This document shows, piece by piece, positions 35,015-35,462 of a stretch of DNA of 35,462 nt. The position numbers and the translations under genes are program-made. Each line of letters starts with the position of its first letter. Positions within the stretch are counted from its first letter, which is position 1. This DNA is from a virus (lineage: Duplodnaviria; Caudoviricetes). The stretch is taken from the IMG/VR virus record IMGVR_UViG_3300047279_000034, positions 1 to 35,462 of that record. One strand, given 5' to 3'. The notes beneath the pieces were generated by a model. It made no database searches. It was not told where the DNA came from and saw only the letters and a list, made by a program, of their open reading frames with translations.

Positions 35015-35069
35015 GTTTATAATCAAACAAAGCCAACTACTTGGCTAACAACCAAGTAAAAGGATATAT

Positions 35070-35462
35070 ATGTCATATACGATGCTCCAGCTTGTACAGC
35101 AGACAGCAGCAGAGCTTAACTTAGCCGTTCCTACCTATGTAGCTGGTAATACATCACAAGATGTTCAGCAAATATTGGCATTAATGAACGGTCAAGGTTA
35201 CGACTTAATCAAAGAATACGATTGGCAAGCACTTCAAGTCCAGTATCGCTTCTATACACAAGCTATTAATTGTAACGGTACATCGGTAAATGGCTCAAAA
35301 GCTCTAGTTATTGAGGCTGGAGTAGACATTACAGCAGTAGATACTCAATGGCAGATTACTGGTTACAACATTAACCAAGATACCAATGTAGTTACAGTTT
35401 CAGGTCAAACGATTCAAATGAGCCAAATGGCTTCAGGTACAGGTACAGGAGCAGTCGTTTTA
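35070..35462 (+). CDS. 5' part of head-tail adaptor gene, continuing across the junction to 640; not in the ORF track
   Basis: MSYTMLQLVQQTAAELNLAVP...LIKEYDWQAL; AAGGA RBS; frame open to the window end. Confidence 0.8.
   Translation, partial: MSYTMLQLVQQTAAELNLAVPTYVAGNTSQDVQQILALMNGQGYDLIKEYDWQALQVQYRFYTQAINCNGTSVNGSKALVIEAGVDITAVDTQWQITGYNINQDTNVVTVSGQTIQMSQMASGTGTGAVVL
35336..35462. repeat. Terminal direct repeat, identical to 1-127
   Basis: Exact match to the window start. Confidence 0.95.

Noticed and set aside
1990-35036. Antisense and alternate-frame ORFs in the track (e.g. 1990-2325, 5391-5984, 10921-11352, 13566-13775, 19038-19289, 23324-23680, 30148-30492, 33309-33596, 34752-35036)
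   Set aside because: They overlap well-supported genes, lack an RBS or recognisable motifs, and look like shadow ORFs
1-35462. tRNA, rRNA or alternative genetic code
   Set aside because: No cloverleaf seen in the few intergenic gaps; genes tile densely under the standard code

Overview
The window is an apparently complete, circularly permuted genome of a tailed dsDNA phage with podovirus-like (P22/lambdoid-type) architecture. The first 127 nt are repeated exactly at the end (35336-35462), giving a 35,335 bp unit. Modules in order are: tail adaptor/nozzle, GNAT, four ejection-type proteins and a tailspike (1-10464); holin-like, spanin and GH19 lysis genes (10563-11996); a leftward early operon (Cro-like HTH, DUF1376 initiator with internal iterons, Zn-finger protein, T4 beta-glucosyltransferase-like enzyme); a rightward early operon (Sak-like annealase, HNH, YqaJ exonuclease, small-ORF array, Ref-like nuclease, RusA); Dps-like protein plus SAM methyltransferase; terS/terL/portal; a second receptor-binding island; a GT-B glycosyltransferase; scaffold, major capsid and decoration genes. 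I recognised no integrase, CI repressor, Q antiterminator, DNA polymerase, helicase, tRNA or CRISPR array. Spanins indicate a Gram-negative host; a freshwater betaproteobacterium is a guess only. The most unusual signals are: (1) a T4-BGT-like DNA glycosyltransferase with no recognisable hydroxymethyl-base pathway, plus two other glycan-type enzymes; (2) near-total avoidance of GATC, CCGG and CCAGA/TCTGG; (3) a covarying YUAC-loop hairpin in front of four late genes; (4) a small-gene array with repeated stop/start junctions; (5) a double hairpin at the early/late boundary. All family calls are by-eye motif recognition and all motif counts are manual.
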